Assembly: GCA_013115145.1 (NCBI GenBank)
Contig: JAAPAO010000215.1
Span: forward strand, 1 to 51,871
Origin: Perkinsus chesapeaki ATCC PRA-425
Taxonomy: Eukaryota; Protista; Perkinsozoa
DNA length: 51,871 nucleotides
Reading direction: 5' to 3'
Part shown: piece by piece, positions 10,322 to 23,140 of the stretch
Numbering within the stretch: position 1 is the stretch's first letter
Layout of the letters: each line of letters begins with the position of its first letter
Position numbers and translations under genes: made by a program
Notes under the pieces: model-generated
Database searches by the model: none
What the model saw: only the letters and a program-made list of their open reading frames with translations
Told to the model about the DNA's origin: nothing

Positions 10322-13300
10322 TTAACAACAAGTTTTAACCAGTTTCGCCAACATAGCGTCCGCCAAAGCAGATCCAAGCACGCCAGTTGTCAGAATGAGC
10401 TCTCTTGTATGAAAATTGAGTGTACTCCTGAAACAGATGTCAATAACTTACGCCAGGCCCGGGATTCGTGTCCGCGACCGACTTCCCAGGGCACGTTCCA
10501 TATCAAAGCGGGCGATTATCGTATAGTTTAGGACCCACTAAAGGTTGCTCTAGCGTCAGAGAGCGTTCCTACTATAGAGACGTGAGGGTGTGGAAGATGA
10601 TAAATATGTTCCTAGTAGAAGTGAAACTCACCCCACTGGGCCACTGGTAACACGTTCTACTGTGGAGCATATGTCAGACATAGTCAGTCCGAGAAATCAA
10701 ACAATACCACTCCCTGTCTCTCACCGGCCCATCGCCATCGTCACTTCCTGAGGTATCCTCCTCCAATAAAGGCTGCTGTTCAGGAGCGGCCTCCTTCTCA
10801 GACTCCCTCTTGCTTGGAGGCGGCGGAGCCGGCTTATCATGAACGATGACTTCCTCCTTAATAATCGCATGGGGCAGCCAGGGATCCGAGTCCGGATGAA
10901 GGTGCAGGTCCACCTTCTGCTTGGGGTCACTCGGAGCCTGTGATCCCCTACTAAACCCGAAACCCAAAGCTTCCTCTTCTCACCTTAATCCCACAGAGCT
11001 TTGCCCTCTTGTACGGCGCCAGTTTATGGAAGACATGGTAGATCTCCCGCATGACTTCCACCCTACCTTCAAGTTGCGAGTATGTCAGTGTGCCTAATAC
11101 GCCACAGTCCGTGAGAGTGACCTCGCTGACTGCAGCCTACAGACTGATTTGAAGTCCTTGGAGCCTGCAGAGGTCTCCCGACTCAGCCTGGCAAATACAT
11201 AGTCCTCAGGATCGATCCTCTCTCCTTCCGGACGGACCCGATCCACAAATATCTCCACATTGAGTTGATACCTGATTTCGCGGATTTTCTGCTGTAGTCT
11301 GCAGGTCTCTTACGTTCGACATGGGAACATATCCTTTGATATGAGATTGGCCTCGTCCACCAATGGGTACAATTTCATAACCGTGAACTCCTCAATAAGT
11401 TTGTACTCCATGCTGCTCTTACCCCACCTGAATCAACGCTGAAGTTGATAGATACGTCGTAACCGCTCATATAGGGCATCATCCTGGAATGGAATAAAAC
11501 TAGCGCAGACAATTCCGCCAAGTTTTGCGCCTTTCGACACTAACCAGGGTTAGTACACCAAAAGACCGTGTGGGAATTCAAACTCCCCATCAATAAAACC
11601 AAACAGATATCCGGTCGCTTGTCTTGTAGCGATATATAGCCGATATGCAGGACCCTGCACAACCTACTTATCCCTGGCCTTCTGTAGGTAATGGGCCAAT
11701 TCAGATGGTAAATGGTTCTCCTGAACTAAAGCCCCGAAGGTCTTCGACATAGCCTCCTCAAAGGTCTGCCTCGAGCCTCCCATCTTAGGGTAGTGCATTC
11801 TCAACATAATAGCCTTGCCACACACCAGGTTGTCCAGATGGCGCCTGAGTGCTTCGACTGGCGGCGGCGGCGACCATCATCTTTCCTATTATTACAGCTT
11901 GGTAGGCTTCCCTCCCTTTTCGAGCTTCACGCCATTAAGGGTTATTACACCCTCACTTGATAACACCTCTACAGTGGTGTGTTGGTCAGCCGCGTCCGAC
12001 ACCACAAACTTGCATAGAGGTTCTCCTTCCGGAATGCCCAGTCCAGCCACGATAATCTACCAGCGATCCGACACGTGCCTTTCCGCTACCCAGCATCACC
12101 TTATCTCTCTTCTTATCGCTCCCCAGCAATATATCCCCACCGCTTCGACTTAGTTGCCAGGCCAGCGTCCCGTTCAAAAGAGGATCCGAGGAGACGTTCA
12201 ACAAATATGGCTTGTCCTTGTCGATGCTTTCCTGCGCCGGAAGGGCTTTGCAAACAACCAAGGCGAACTGCTCTCACCGTAGATACTAATCCTCGTTTCT
12301 CCATCTTCCTGGCTCTTTCCTCAGCCGCCTTTCGAGCAGCCTTCAACTGCTCCTCGAAGTCAGTAGCCATTGTCTTCATCCTTTGCTCTCTCTCCTCTAG
12401 CTCAGCCTACCATATAAGCAGTAGCAGCAATACACCATCGTTCAACTGGATCGTCTGGTACAGGCCAAACCCCTCCGCGAACAGAACTTGTATAGACGCT
12501 CAAGTGTGCAAAGAGGGTGGTAATCCTATTTTTATCCGGGTTTCAGGTTTGTGCCTTATGCTATTACCTTTAACCTTTTAATCTCCTCATCCTGCTCTTG
12601 ACTCCTCGCTTGTGAATCCGCCAGACTGCCCCCACGAGATGACAGCTGCTGTCCCAAATCCTGGAGTTCCTTCCGTAAGGCATCCAGCTCGGCATCAGGC
12701 TGAGCCATCAAATGCTCCTCCCCAGTGCCCATGAGGCTAACGCGAGCTCACCTTGACTTTATTCTGCTTTGCTTTCGTCTTCACCATTTTGGCAGAGTGA
12801 GCGAAGCGAAGCGTAGAAACAGTCTCCGACAATTCTGTCAGGGCCGGCGAGATGCAAGCAACCTGAAAAGAATCTTTGCGCGCTATAAAGATTTCCTCGT
12901 TCTACCATAAAAGTTTTGCTGTTCCCAGATAGCGAGTCCTTTAACAGGAACGTGAGCTTTGAGTTTCTGAAGGGTATATGTGCGCTCTTGCCCTCCGCCA
13001 AGCCAGATATAACCTGAGCATCTCCCAGTAAAGCCTGAAACTGACGCCAGAAAACGCTTACCCTGGCCAAAGTAGAAAGGCTCTGATTGATAGCAATGGC
13101 TTCCTTAAGTCGTCCTCCACTAGCACCGCTCTTGTCCTGCCTCTCGCTACCAGCCAAGTCCACCAAATTGATCCTAAAACCAGTACTTCCCACCTTATAT
13201 ATAGCCGAGCCCACCTGGCATCGAGATCTGGTTTCACTGTGGGGTCGGCTGAGACCCTCTGGAGCCTCAGTATGAACACAGCATGCGAACGGGAGGACTG

Positions 13301-14190
13301 CGCATTCATATTAGTAGCTCCCACCGCCCTATCAAGGAAAGATTCCTCAAGAGGTCGCTTGGAAGCCCCTACCGCTGGGCAGTGCCATAATCGAGCAAGC
13401 CCTTAACCTCCTTAATGTTGTCCACAGCCGCCTCGACCATTCCCGACACCAACACCCCCGACCCAGGTTTGTCGAATATTGTTACAGTCTCACCTAGATC
13501 CCTATCCTACCATCCATTAATCACTTCCCTTAGTACCATCCTTCTGCTCAGTGCTCAACAGGTCCTTAATCCTTTCATTGTATATTTCAAGATAAGACAC
13601 CCACACCCTCGTTTGAGCATAGCCCTCCTTCTTTCCCTTACCAGCAGCACTAAACAACGCCTTCGTTATCCTGGGTATGATACCTATCAGCACCACTGCC
13701 CCTCTACAGGTACGATATCCTACCAGGATCTCCCTTCCCCCCCAACATAGAGTAGCTCTTCCCTGACCCTGTCTGACCATAGGCGAACATACATCCGTTA
13801 TAGCCTTGTAGTGCGTTATTAAGCACGGCTTCTCCAAGGTCATTGTAGACCTAACGAACCGTCACTCTCCCCAGATCTGACGCTATCCCCCACCTTGGAT
13901 TGGTCAGCATAGTTAGAAGAGTTCTGGTTCATGCTATCATAGCAGTAATCAAACGCAAAGGTCTTCGTCTGGACTTGCTTCCCAGACCGAGCCTCCGCCA
14001 CAGAAGATGGGCCATTCTCCTCACTCACTACTTTGCCTGATATGTCTAGAGTCTTTCAATCGACCTCTAAAGTATCTTTACATTCGCCTCCAGACATTGT
14101 TACTGTGCTCTGAGCACCGAGATCGATCTCTCTCTGATTCAACGGTCGGACCCTGACGGCCACTTTAATGTTATCAGATTCAGCCACCAT
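10322..14190 (-). CDS. Kinesin-3 family motor (motor domain, coiled coil, FHA, stalk), multi-exon; 3' end approximate
   Basis: [106 protein letters not shown]. Kinesin-3 signatures [23 protein letters not shown] and [12 protein letters not shown] show that ORFs 11986-12379 and 10674-10967 belong to this gene. Confidence 0.9.
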
Positions 14191-14908
14191 CTTAACGACA
14201 CTACAACTGGACCGGTCACCGACTATTGGGCAAATCAACACTTCTCAATTAATGAAAAAGCAAAAACTGACATCATCCCATGAAGCGTATTGTCACTCAT
14301 CCACCCACTTAACGCAGCCTAACAAGGAAGGGAGTTCAACGGTGGATTTATAAGGGCAACCTACTTGAGAACTCTAAGAGCTGTACGAGCAACCTTATCA
14401 GGCATATTGGGGGCGTACTGAGTCCTTTTATGATGGACATAATCCATCATAATGTCATACCACTCCTTACGACGCAGAGGCACACAGTAGAAGTAGAACC
14501 TGCAACAGAGCCCTCCACATAAGACCTAGCACGAGCGCGCCTACCAAGCACCGCTGATGCCAAGAACGGCGGTATTGACAACACCACTGGTGTTTATATA
14601 CCTGGGACGGAGGGGATCAGCGACCTGCACTGTTGTGGAGGGAGCAGCAGTCATGGTTATCAGACGCAAAAATGCCTTAATAAGCACAGAGGCCGGAAAG
14701 CGATCTCTTGTCGGAGAATTAATGCTACAGATGGATCCTGCGATCCTGCAGATCCTGCAGAATGATCATAATTGATTCGAATCTAGATATCTTTCACCAG
14801 AAAGATATCGAGGGGCGCTTGTGACATTAAGAGACGGCATCGTTTATAGGCACAAGCCAGACGGCTGGCTCAAGGCGAGAAATCCATGAAGCTTGACAGG
14901 ATTCCAAC

Positions 14909-17322
14909 ATGACAGTGATACCTGCCTTCGATAAACCGTGTATTCAATCAATAACCGACGGGCAATGGACAGCACACAGACACAGAGACGCAACAAAACC
15001 GAGGTTAGTGGAGGAAATTGAGGGATGTATCTTAGTTTATGGGCGAGCGCTAAATGCATTGGTTACTCACTTTACAACAACAGGTGATGATGACGGCGGC
15101 AGCGGCCACTTATCTTCGAAGGACGTAAGCACTTTAAACCTAAACTGGTCCGAGAGCTACAGAGCCAGATCGTCGCGTGTCGCCCTTACCATTTTTATCG
15201 TGCTTTTGGTCTTCGTTGTTGTCTATGTCATCACGAAGCCTTCTTCCTCCTTCTTCTCCCCCTCCTCCTATCCACGTAGAGAGCACTACCTGGACCAGAG
15301 ACTCCCATGAGCTGTTCGACTATGAAAGTCGAAGCATTACCAAATCCAACTTCCAGATTTCAGGAAACGCACGGTTCATGAGAACTAATGGTAAAGGCGA
15401 TAGCGGCGGTTGGAGGGTAGTACCGTGCTTTGTTAGGAGAAGTTACGGTTGAAGCGGATAACGGCGACATAGTTGATCCAGTCGAGCCTACGGACTACCT
15501 ACTAAAATGCGTTAATTTTGACACTAAGTAGCTTGTCAATCATTGCCGGCTAGATTACCTTAGAGTCTTTATAATAGTTTATAACGCTTTATTAGATACC
15601 TCATACAACCAGCTGAAAAACAGCCAGAAGGATCTCGACTATCGGCGAAGAAGTTATGGATGGTTATAAGAGATGTAATTTCAACGCGCTCAAATTAACC
15701 TCTCATGTATCCTGCTCGCTTCAACTTTGGATTCGTCTTTCTTTCAGCTTGGTCCTTACAGCCTTAGTGAAGGAGACGTCGTGAAGCTTGGACGATTCAA
15801 GTTGAGAGTTCGGCAACTATGCGGCGACGAGTCCGAGGAACTGGTTCGCTGCCTTCGCTTCCAGCTCCCAGCTTAGACCCCCTCTTTATTCAGGTGAGGC
15901 CCGATTTAATGGGCCCCGAGTCTCAGACATCAATGGCTACTTGTGCCCCACCAGAGGCCGACGGAAAGCCTTGTAGAATTTGCCTGTTAGAGGTAGTAGT
16001 ATATTTCCCCTATCCGACTGTCCATTATGTTCTATCAATCCCAGGCTAGCGGATCAGATGAGGACCCTCTAGTTGAGGCGTGTGCCTGTCGGGGTTCTAT
16101 CCGTTATGTCCATCTCGGATGCCTTCGACATTGGGTTGAGGGTCGACTTTGTCTTAATTCTGGTACGTACAGCTCATCCCCATTACATCATTTTGATGCA
16201 CTCTCTTTAGGTTCAGAGCAACAGGGACCTGCTCATACGTACTATATGCATTCGGAGACCATGGTCGTCCATGATCTGATTCAGATACCTATTCCGTCAA
16301 CTTGCCTGTGAGCTCTGTCGTACAAATTATCCATTATATGTCAAGCTTCACGATGGTCATGTGGAGCAACTAGTACGGTATCTTGTCTCTGGCTAGTATT
16401 CACCATCTCGTGTGGTCAGGTGCCGATGCCCGAGACTCGAGCACCCTATATGGTTCTGGAGAACATGATGAGAGTCGATCCTATCGGTGGTGGACAGACC
16501 GAAGGTGCTGTAGTTTGTCGATCGGCCTAAGTGACAGTAGCTCATCATCTAAGGTACTGACAGTCAGTCTTCCGTCCATGCCCGTGGGGTCTATGTTATA
16601 TCACTGGCTGGGAAGAAGATGCTACGACTCGGGAGAGGCCACGAGAGTGATGTTCGAATTGCGGATGTGATAGACAGCAGCGTGAGAGTGATGTAGGAGT
16701 TAGGTGATTTGAGTTAGGTATCCATCTCTCGGTGGCATGCAACAGTCTCCTTCACCGAGGATGGTCGATTCGTATTAGAAGATCACAACTCTAAATTCGG
16801 CACATTAGTTGCTCTTCGAAGACCTCGAGTTATTGAGGCCGCTCCACCACCACCACCGCAATGTAAGCAGCTACCGTACGGTTGGCGATTTAAACGCCCC
16901 TTGCAGCGGCCGACGGAGAGGGATCACAGCAACCCGCCAAAGCTCCTGTGTTGACCGTCCAAGCGGGACGAACGGTTTTCAGGATCAGCCGTGATGTTCC
17001 ACCACCACTGATGCCTCCATCTAGGTAATAGTGATTCTATGAAATAGAAGCACGACAAGTCAGCGGTACTCTCAGGCCGGAGCCAGTTGCGGCTCAGCAA
17101 CTTGGGGCAGCCGATATCGACCACAACGCAACGGTGGCAATGATAGCAGCTCAACTTGGGAACGATTATCGAGCAGCGGCCATAGCCCTACAGCGACAGC
17201 AACAGCAAGCTCAGCAACAAGAAGCGGAGCGTGGTACCGACGAGAGACCTGATGATGATATGGCGGATGATAACAACGACTATAATCAGCGAGGAGGCCA
17301 GCCAAACGAGCCACAAGACTAG
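14909..17322 (+). CDS. FHA - RINGv (C4HC3) - FHA protein, probable E3 ubiquitin ligase, multi-exon
   Basis: TWTRDSHELFDYES; LSEGDVVKLGRFKLRVRQL (FHA end); CRICLLE...EDPLVEACACRGSIRYVHLGCLRHWV...CELCRTNYP (RINGv); LEDHNSKFGTLV (second FHA). This architecture is known from alveolates. Confidence 0.88.
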
Positions 17323-18259
17323 GAACCTCGATGTTTCTCAGATTGTTAAGTTCATACTCTTTGCTGCTGAAGTCAAGTAGTTCGATTGATATTGTCATTT
17401 CGTCATATTAGCGCCCCTAAATGGTGATATTATTAAGCATGGTCAATTACATTGATCAATAGCCGCCTTCGACCTGGGTCGGGACTCCTAAGGGTGTGGT
17501 ACTATACTCTCGACATCTTACGATAATCATACTATCTCTATGTTGATATGAACTATTACTGTTCGATTTTCGAGCGCTACATCATCGCTGCCACCACCGC
17601 AACCGCCGCCATTTGCTCGCTGATTCCCCCCCCGCATTGCTAACAACAACTGAGCCTCCGTGTGGTGGTGTCTGTTATTATGCACGCGGTATCGTGTATT
17701 ATTAGCGTTGGTACTCCTGTGATAGGAGCCCCGTCCTCAGTATTATCACCATCATCAACATTGTCAACCGGACGGCATTGGAGTAGGAGTTGCTTTGCCT
17801 TGCGATTAGTTTTGAGTTTTCCAGTTTGTGGGGTATGGATAAGCTACGACTACGTATGTAACCCTCTATCCCCTAAGTCTTACGGTCAATAGCTCCTTCA
17901 AATTTGAGACGCGTAAATGCACTGGGTTGAAGTGGTTCACCAAACATTCCTCCCCTGGGTGATTCTGTGTCATCAGACAGCTGTTCCAGCCAGTCAGTGA
18001 TCAAACGCGAAGTTTGCACTATGTTGATCGGGAACGTATCTCGCAGTTCAGCTCACTTGTAACAGAATTTGTAACACAAGGCACGCTTCATCTGGTGACT
18101 TCGCTCAGATTTGAGCGTAAAACCTACTGCGAGGCGATGTAATCCGTAAAAAGGGTCTTGTGTAAAAAGTTCAAGTTGTGTTCAACTTCTCCGATACAAG
18201 AATAAGTAAAAATAGTCCTACGATATGCCCGGAAGAAACTCGGTGTTAAAGGAAGAGAG

Positions 18260-19333
18260 TCAAAGCTGCTCTTCAAAGCCGAGGCGATTGGTGCTGCGGA
18301 GTGAACGTGGTCTCTGTGTAATGAGACTAATAGCATGCTTAACAGTACCCAATGCATTTAAAGCTCCTCCTCGAATAGTCTGAGGCATAAGGTCAGGCAA
18401 CTCACATGAAACAGGTTCGACGTTATCTAACATCAAACGTTTCACCATCGTCGGCTCCACATCCATCGAAAGGAGGATTGCGGCGACCCCAGCAATGATC
18501 GGGGCTGCTGCGGATGAACCATTAAAATAAGTTAACTCTCCAGCGGCATCTCGTCCAGTAAAGATATTCGTACCATATGTAGCGACATCAACTCTTTCAC
18601 CCCAGTTTGAAAAAGTTGACAATACATTATGAGTCTGATTATCGAGAAGATAGGCCGTACAGATACCAAGGGGGCCGCCGAACCAACAAGGATAAGTATC
18701 TGATGCCCTGCTAAATGAGTTACCAGCCGAGGATACGAGAAGGATACCATGCTGCTGAGCCTTCAGCAAAGCGTTCCACAAGAGATGTTGTTCGGTTAGA
18801 TTTTTGCGGCTGAGGCTGTAGCCAAAAGACATGGATATCACATCTACCTCCAAGTCGATGGCCATTTCAATAGCAGCTAAGAAGTTAGGTAAGGGCAGGG
18901 ATTCATCGTCGCCCAAGATTTGCAATGGTATAAGAGTAACATCAGGAGCAACACCAACCATACCATATGAGTTGTTACCCTTGGCAGCCAGTATCTTGCA
19001 TACATTCGTGCCATGCCTGTTAACAGTTGTCATATCCGGCGAGTTGGTGAAGAAGTTCCATCCGCCATCCAGATAACCCCCACTCTTCTTCTTAACAGTT
19101 TCCTTTAAAGAAGCAAAATCTTCATCTGTCCAGTCAATACCAGAATCGAGCACAGCCACCTTCACCTTTCGTTTAACATATGGACGTGAGATGCGCCAGA
19201 CCTCTCCCATTTGTAACCACTCCAAATGCCTCTGGTAATGAGCATCAGGATCATTCACGTGTAAAGAGGTATCAGACGAGGAATCAGTAGCTTCAGCATG
19301 CAAGGCGAATAGAAAGATAGAGAGGATGAACAT
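18260..19333 (-). CDS. Secreted subtilisin-like serine protease (S8), copy A, intronless
   Basis: Signal-like MFILSIFLFALHAEA; triad VAVLDSG / RHGTNVC / NGSSAAAP; oxyanion SSAGN; FSNWGERVDVATYG. Confidence 0.92.
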   Translation of the reverse strand: MFILSIFLFALHAEATDSSSDTSLHVNDPDAHYQRHLEWLQMGEVWRISRPYVKRKVKVAVLDSGIDWTDEDFASLKETVKKKSGGYLDGGWNFFTNSPDMTTVNRHGTNVCKILAAKGNNSYGMVGVAPDVTLIPLQILGDDESLPLPNFLAAIEMAIDLEVDVISMSFGYSLSRKNLTEQHLLWNALLKAQQHGILLVSSAGNSFSRASDTYPCWFGGPLGICTAYLLDNQTHNVLSTFSNWGERVDVATYGTNIFTGRDAAGELTYFNGSSAAAPIIAGVAAILLSMDVEPTMVKRLMLDNVEPVSCELPDLMPQTIRGGALNALGTVKHAISLITQRPRSLRSTNRLGFEEQL

Positions 19334-19770
19334 TGATGTAAATAAACTGCACATGTCAGATAAGCACGAGGTGGCTCAATGCATGTAGCGGCCATCCCGG
19401 TGTGGCTGAGAGAAGTAGATCGCGGCTAAGTAGTAGTCCAGTGCGGATGGGAGCTTTCACGAGACGGGTGGCACGGGTAGCTGGGCGACTGGAGACTGGA
19501 GACTGGAGACAAGGTCACCATCCGGCGTCTTTGATCTCCACGGTCACGTCTCCCTGCCCAAGTTGGCGATTGCAGCTGGTTCCGAAATTCGGAATCCGAA
19601 TCAGCAATGGAACTAGTGGTTTGACCATTCGTGATTGTCATTGTCAACTCAACTTCTTGTGTCTGCTTATCGTTCCCTCGTGAGCTCGCCCTTCATAGCG
19701 GACAGACGTTGGTGACGCGTAGCGAACTTAACAGCTCAAGACAAAGGACTATTGAAACTGTTAAGATGTA

Positions 19771-21397
19771 TTAAGAACCACATTCCTGCAATGCTAGTTT
19801 CACAGAGTTATAGACAGTTATATTAATTGCCATAAAGGTTCCATACCACACTGATTTCGCACATACTCCCCTGAAGAAGCCTATGGGGCCCTCGTTCCGC
19901 AGCAAGGCACCAGCAATGTCGACGGCCGTGGAAGGTGGACTCGACCCAACCAGAGAGGATGCTGCAACGCCTCGCCCGGCTACTTGGTATTGTGTCTTTA
20001 CGACATCGATTGGTGACGTGGCGGTGCCTGCGAGACACACGTTCTTGTCATTGAAAAAGACTGCTTTCAAGGATGTTATACGGGACTGCCTCACATGCGA
20101 TAACTCCGGCGATAAACCCCGATAAAGCTAGTGCCCCTGGCGCCATTCTATCCATGTTCTCCACTGTGTCTTGCCGGGCAGACAGACTTTTCAGTCTCTC
20201 GAATGACATAAACCAAATGGCCGACAACGGCGTCCATGTCAAACTGCCGATGACAGCTCTGACCAAGGGATATGACATGAACGTTCTAATAGACGCTAGA
20301 TGGACTTACCCTCGGTAAAAACCCCGAACCCCATTTTGGCTGTAAATTTGTCGAACAACGGTGCTTGGGTTGATGGACGACTGGGTCTGGACTTGCCTGG
20401 GGAAACATGATGCCAAGCTGTCCCTTATCGGCGCGATATGGGCAAAGATTATCGGACTTGACAGTTTAAGGATATCTCACGTCTGTGATTTCACCACTTC
20501 CTGTGGCGTCCATATGACCATCCCACATACGTTAGCCAAGGCACCGGCCGTCAGGTGTACAACGTCTTGACTCCACTCCTGCGGGAAGAATCGCGCTATC
20601 AACTACTCCCCTCCGCAGCGAGAGCTTCGCTACATTGAGTGTAGTAAATTCCCGCTGGTCAGGTGAAGTAGGAACACGGCGTATTCGGCAAACGCCAGCA
20701 GGTGATAAAGTTAGCAAAGTTATAAAGTTAAAATGGTAGGTTGGCGAATACGGTATCATGCTCTTACTTTGCCTGCAGCCATCGTGCTCATTCTAGACTT
20801 CAACGCTTCATATGTGAGATAATATACACCGAATGCCGGGCAGCTCGTCAGCATGACAACAGACAAACCCTTGTAGAAGCCACGGATACCCTGAAAAAGT
20901 GGCAGAGTGGAATGAGTAAAAGATGGGCAAATCAGGGAGGGCGGCGGAAATGTGTGAAAGCCCATCTGCGGGCTGCCCCGAAGATGCCTCCTTCTTTCGC
21001 TTTCCAAAGGCTTCCACCGCAGACACGCTATGGGCTCCCGACTGGACTCCCGTATTAATGCAGTGGAAGCAGGTGCAGTCTCACCTCGGTCCTGAGTATC
21101 GCTGAAGCCTCACTAAGCAGCGAGTAGCGCTGTAGCCGACTTGCGACCTTCTTCAGCCCTGTACTGTTCGACGCTCCGCGTAGCTCTTCGGGCATGGCGG
21201 GACCACGGTACCGTACCTAGGCTTATGATGAAATGCATTTACTTATGTATGCGGTCTACTTGCTGCCGGACCCGTATGGTATCCATGGGGAAAACGGTTG
21301 CATCACACACGAGGCCAGCAGTAGCACCGGCCAGGAAAGGCGCGATGGTCGCCAATCGAGAATGAGACACTTCTTGCTCATCAACTTGAAGGCCCAT
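19771..21397 (-). CDS. Mitochondrial carrier family (SLC25) protein, possibly SAM-carrier-like, multi-exon
   Basis: Three repeats with Px[DE]xx[KR]: FPMDTIRVRQQ, TPQEVVKSQT, SPIDVVKTQYQ; GIRGFYKG, GVRGFYRG, GPIGFFRG. Start inferred at MGLQVDEQ (21397). Confidence 0.9.
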
Positions 21398-21899
21398 TCA
21401 AAAGGTATGGCGATACTAATAGCAGGTGACCAGTCCGAGAAGATATGAACCTTTAGAGCTTATGAAGTAGCTGGTTACACTAGTTATACATATCAACACG
21501 GCAAGGACGCCGTTCCTGTTACTCACGAAATTCAGCCCTGGTTCGCCCTGGCCAGCACCGTGCAGAGTAACATGGGTGTTTTGTAAGAGTAAATATATCA
21601 TCTCATACGCACCCATAGATTCTCAAATGCTACATGGGTACTGTATTTCAACTGTGTAATACATTAGTATCTTATGCCTCATCAGAATTCCCCGCGTACA
21701 TCGTAAGCTGACTTCGTCGGGAAGGTCCCCTCAGACTAGACAACGCAAGATGAGGAGATGATATCCAATCGTAATAATAATACACTAATAGGGCACACGT
21801 TTGACCAGCGAGCCGAAGAAGAAGTAATGCATTGAGATTATGGTCTTAGATCGCTGCTGCTGGTGTCACCACAGTTAATTGGGCATATTAAGGGAATCA

Positions 21900-22587
21900 T
21901 CAAACATATATAACGTATTCCCGCATTCCACGCGAGACGTTTTCTCGTATCTCCACGCGCTTCGGCTGTAGCAGCTTTTCATCGTCTTGCAGCCAGAGGT
22001 CCCAGGACTTCAGGGACTTGGGGACCATCAGAGTGTTCTTCGCCAAAGTCTCGATGTTGGATAAACTTTTCTTTTTCGATGATGACGATGAACTTTTCTT
22101 GGCCCTTACATGATCAGGCCGGCCTCCATGTCGTTGACACAATCCCTGTCTCCTCGCCGTTTTGTCGCATCCTTCAACCTGAACAGCAGCAACGATAAGC
22201 AAACCGTCGACGAGCATCAAAAGCACTAACTGAGCATCTCCGCCCACCGCCATGAGCTATACAAAGCCTACCAGAACGAGCGTGTCGTGTACAATTTGAT
22301 ACGCTGCAATAGACCACTGGCATAAACGAGGCTAAGGCCGCAGCAGCAGGATTGACAAAGAGACTAACGCAACGAGAAGGAGAAGGAGAAGAAGTTAAGT
22401 CGTCTAACGGATGAGTGAGATGTCTTATAGTGGCGTCTTCCCATCCTGGCGAAACTAGCGGTTCGATAACACGCACTAGCGGCATCCGATAACATGAGAT
22501 AATACTAAATGATATATCGTACAGGCAATATATTAGGTAATCGTTTATAGGGGCAGCAGCAACAACAACAACAGTATCAACACTCAT
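21900..22587 (-). CDS. Protein with two WRKY19-like C-x4-C-x8-C-x2-H-GG zinc-finger repeats
   Basis: Removing the intron GTTAGT...GTTCAG joins CSVSNCTRHARSGRLCIAHGGGRRC to SVEGCDKTARRQGLCQRHGG, followed by a basic KKSSSSSSKKK tail. Start may be 22587 or 22485. Confidence 0.72.
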
Positions 22588-23140
22588 ATGGCAATATACT
22601 CCAATTCAGAGTGCACATCTGGATTCGTAAAAGACTAGTCAACTGCCTTTATAATGACGCCAAGCGACGTGGTAAATTACCACACGGTATTACCACTGGC
22701 AATATAAAGGAAACACAACTAGCTTTGTCGCCATCCTCCACTAGAATGAAAACTGCTTAGTTTTACAAGAATCACGATACAACATGCAGGCAGGAAGTCA
22801 TACACAGGAATTGTGGCTCCTCGGCAATTGTTGAAAATAGCAACCCATACCAGGACTGCAACTAGTATAGTGCGAAACAAGATATGAATCCGCCTGTCGA
22901 ATGGTGCTACTGTTAGCGATTAGATACTAAGGAAAGACTAAGATAAGCAACAGCATACACTACTATGGCCATATGATGGTCGGTAATAGTATCAAATAGA
23001 AATATAATGAGAGATGTAAGATCCTCGGTGAGAATGGTGATTACGAAACAGGATATGACGCAAAGATGATTATGATGATGAACGAGGGATCGTTGTATAA
23101 TGGTAGGAATCAACGACGACAGGCGTGACACGACGACGAA

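Noticed and set aside
14556-14765. Exon-like open frame DAKNGGIDNTTGVY...DPAE* between kinesin and the FHA-RINGv gene
   Set aside because: No start codon, partner exons or recognisable motif.
14865-14874. CTGGCTCAAG 34 nt upstream of the FHA-RINGv ATG as a possible relic spliced leader; similar partial matches at about 27293-27302 and 28192-28203
   Set aside because: The matches are short and incomplete, and the downstream genes retain introns, which argues against retrocopies. A genome-wide enrichment test upstream of ATGs would be needed to revive this.
19487-19510. GACTGGA x3 short tandem repeat upstream of subtilisin A
   Set aside because: Three units of a 7-mer with no spacers; a microsatellite, not CRISPR-like.
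21416-21616. Short minus-strand ORF between the carrier and zinc-finger genes
   Set aside because: No motif and no consistent splice model.
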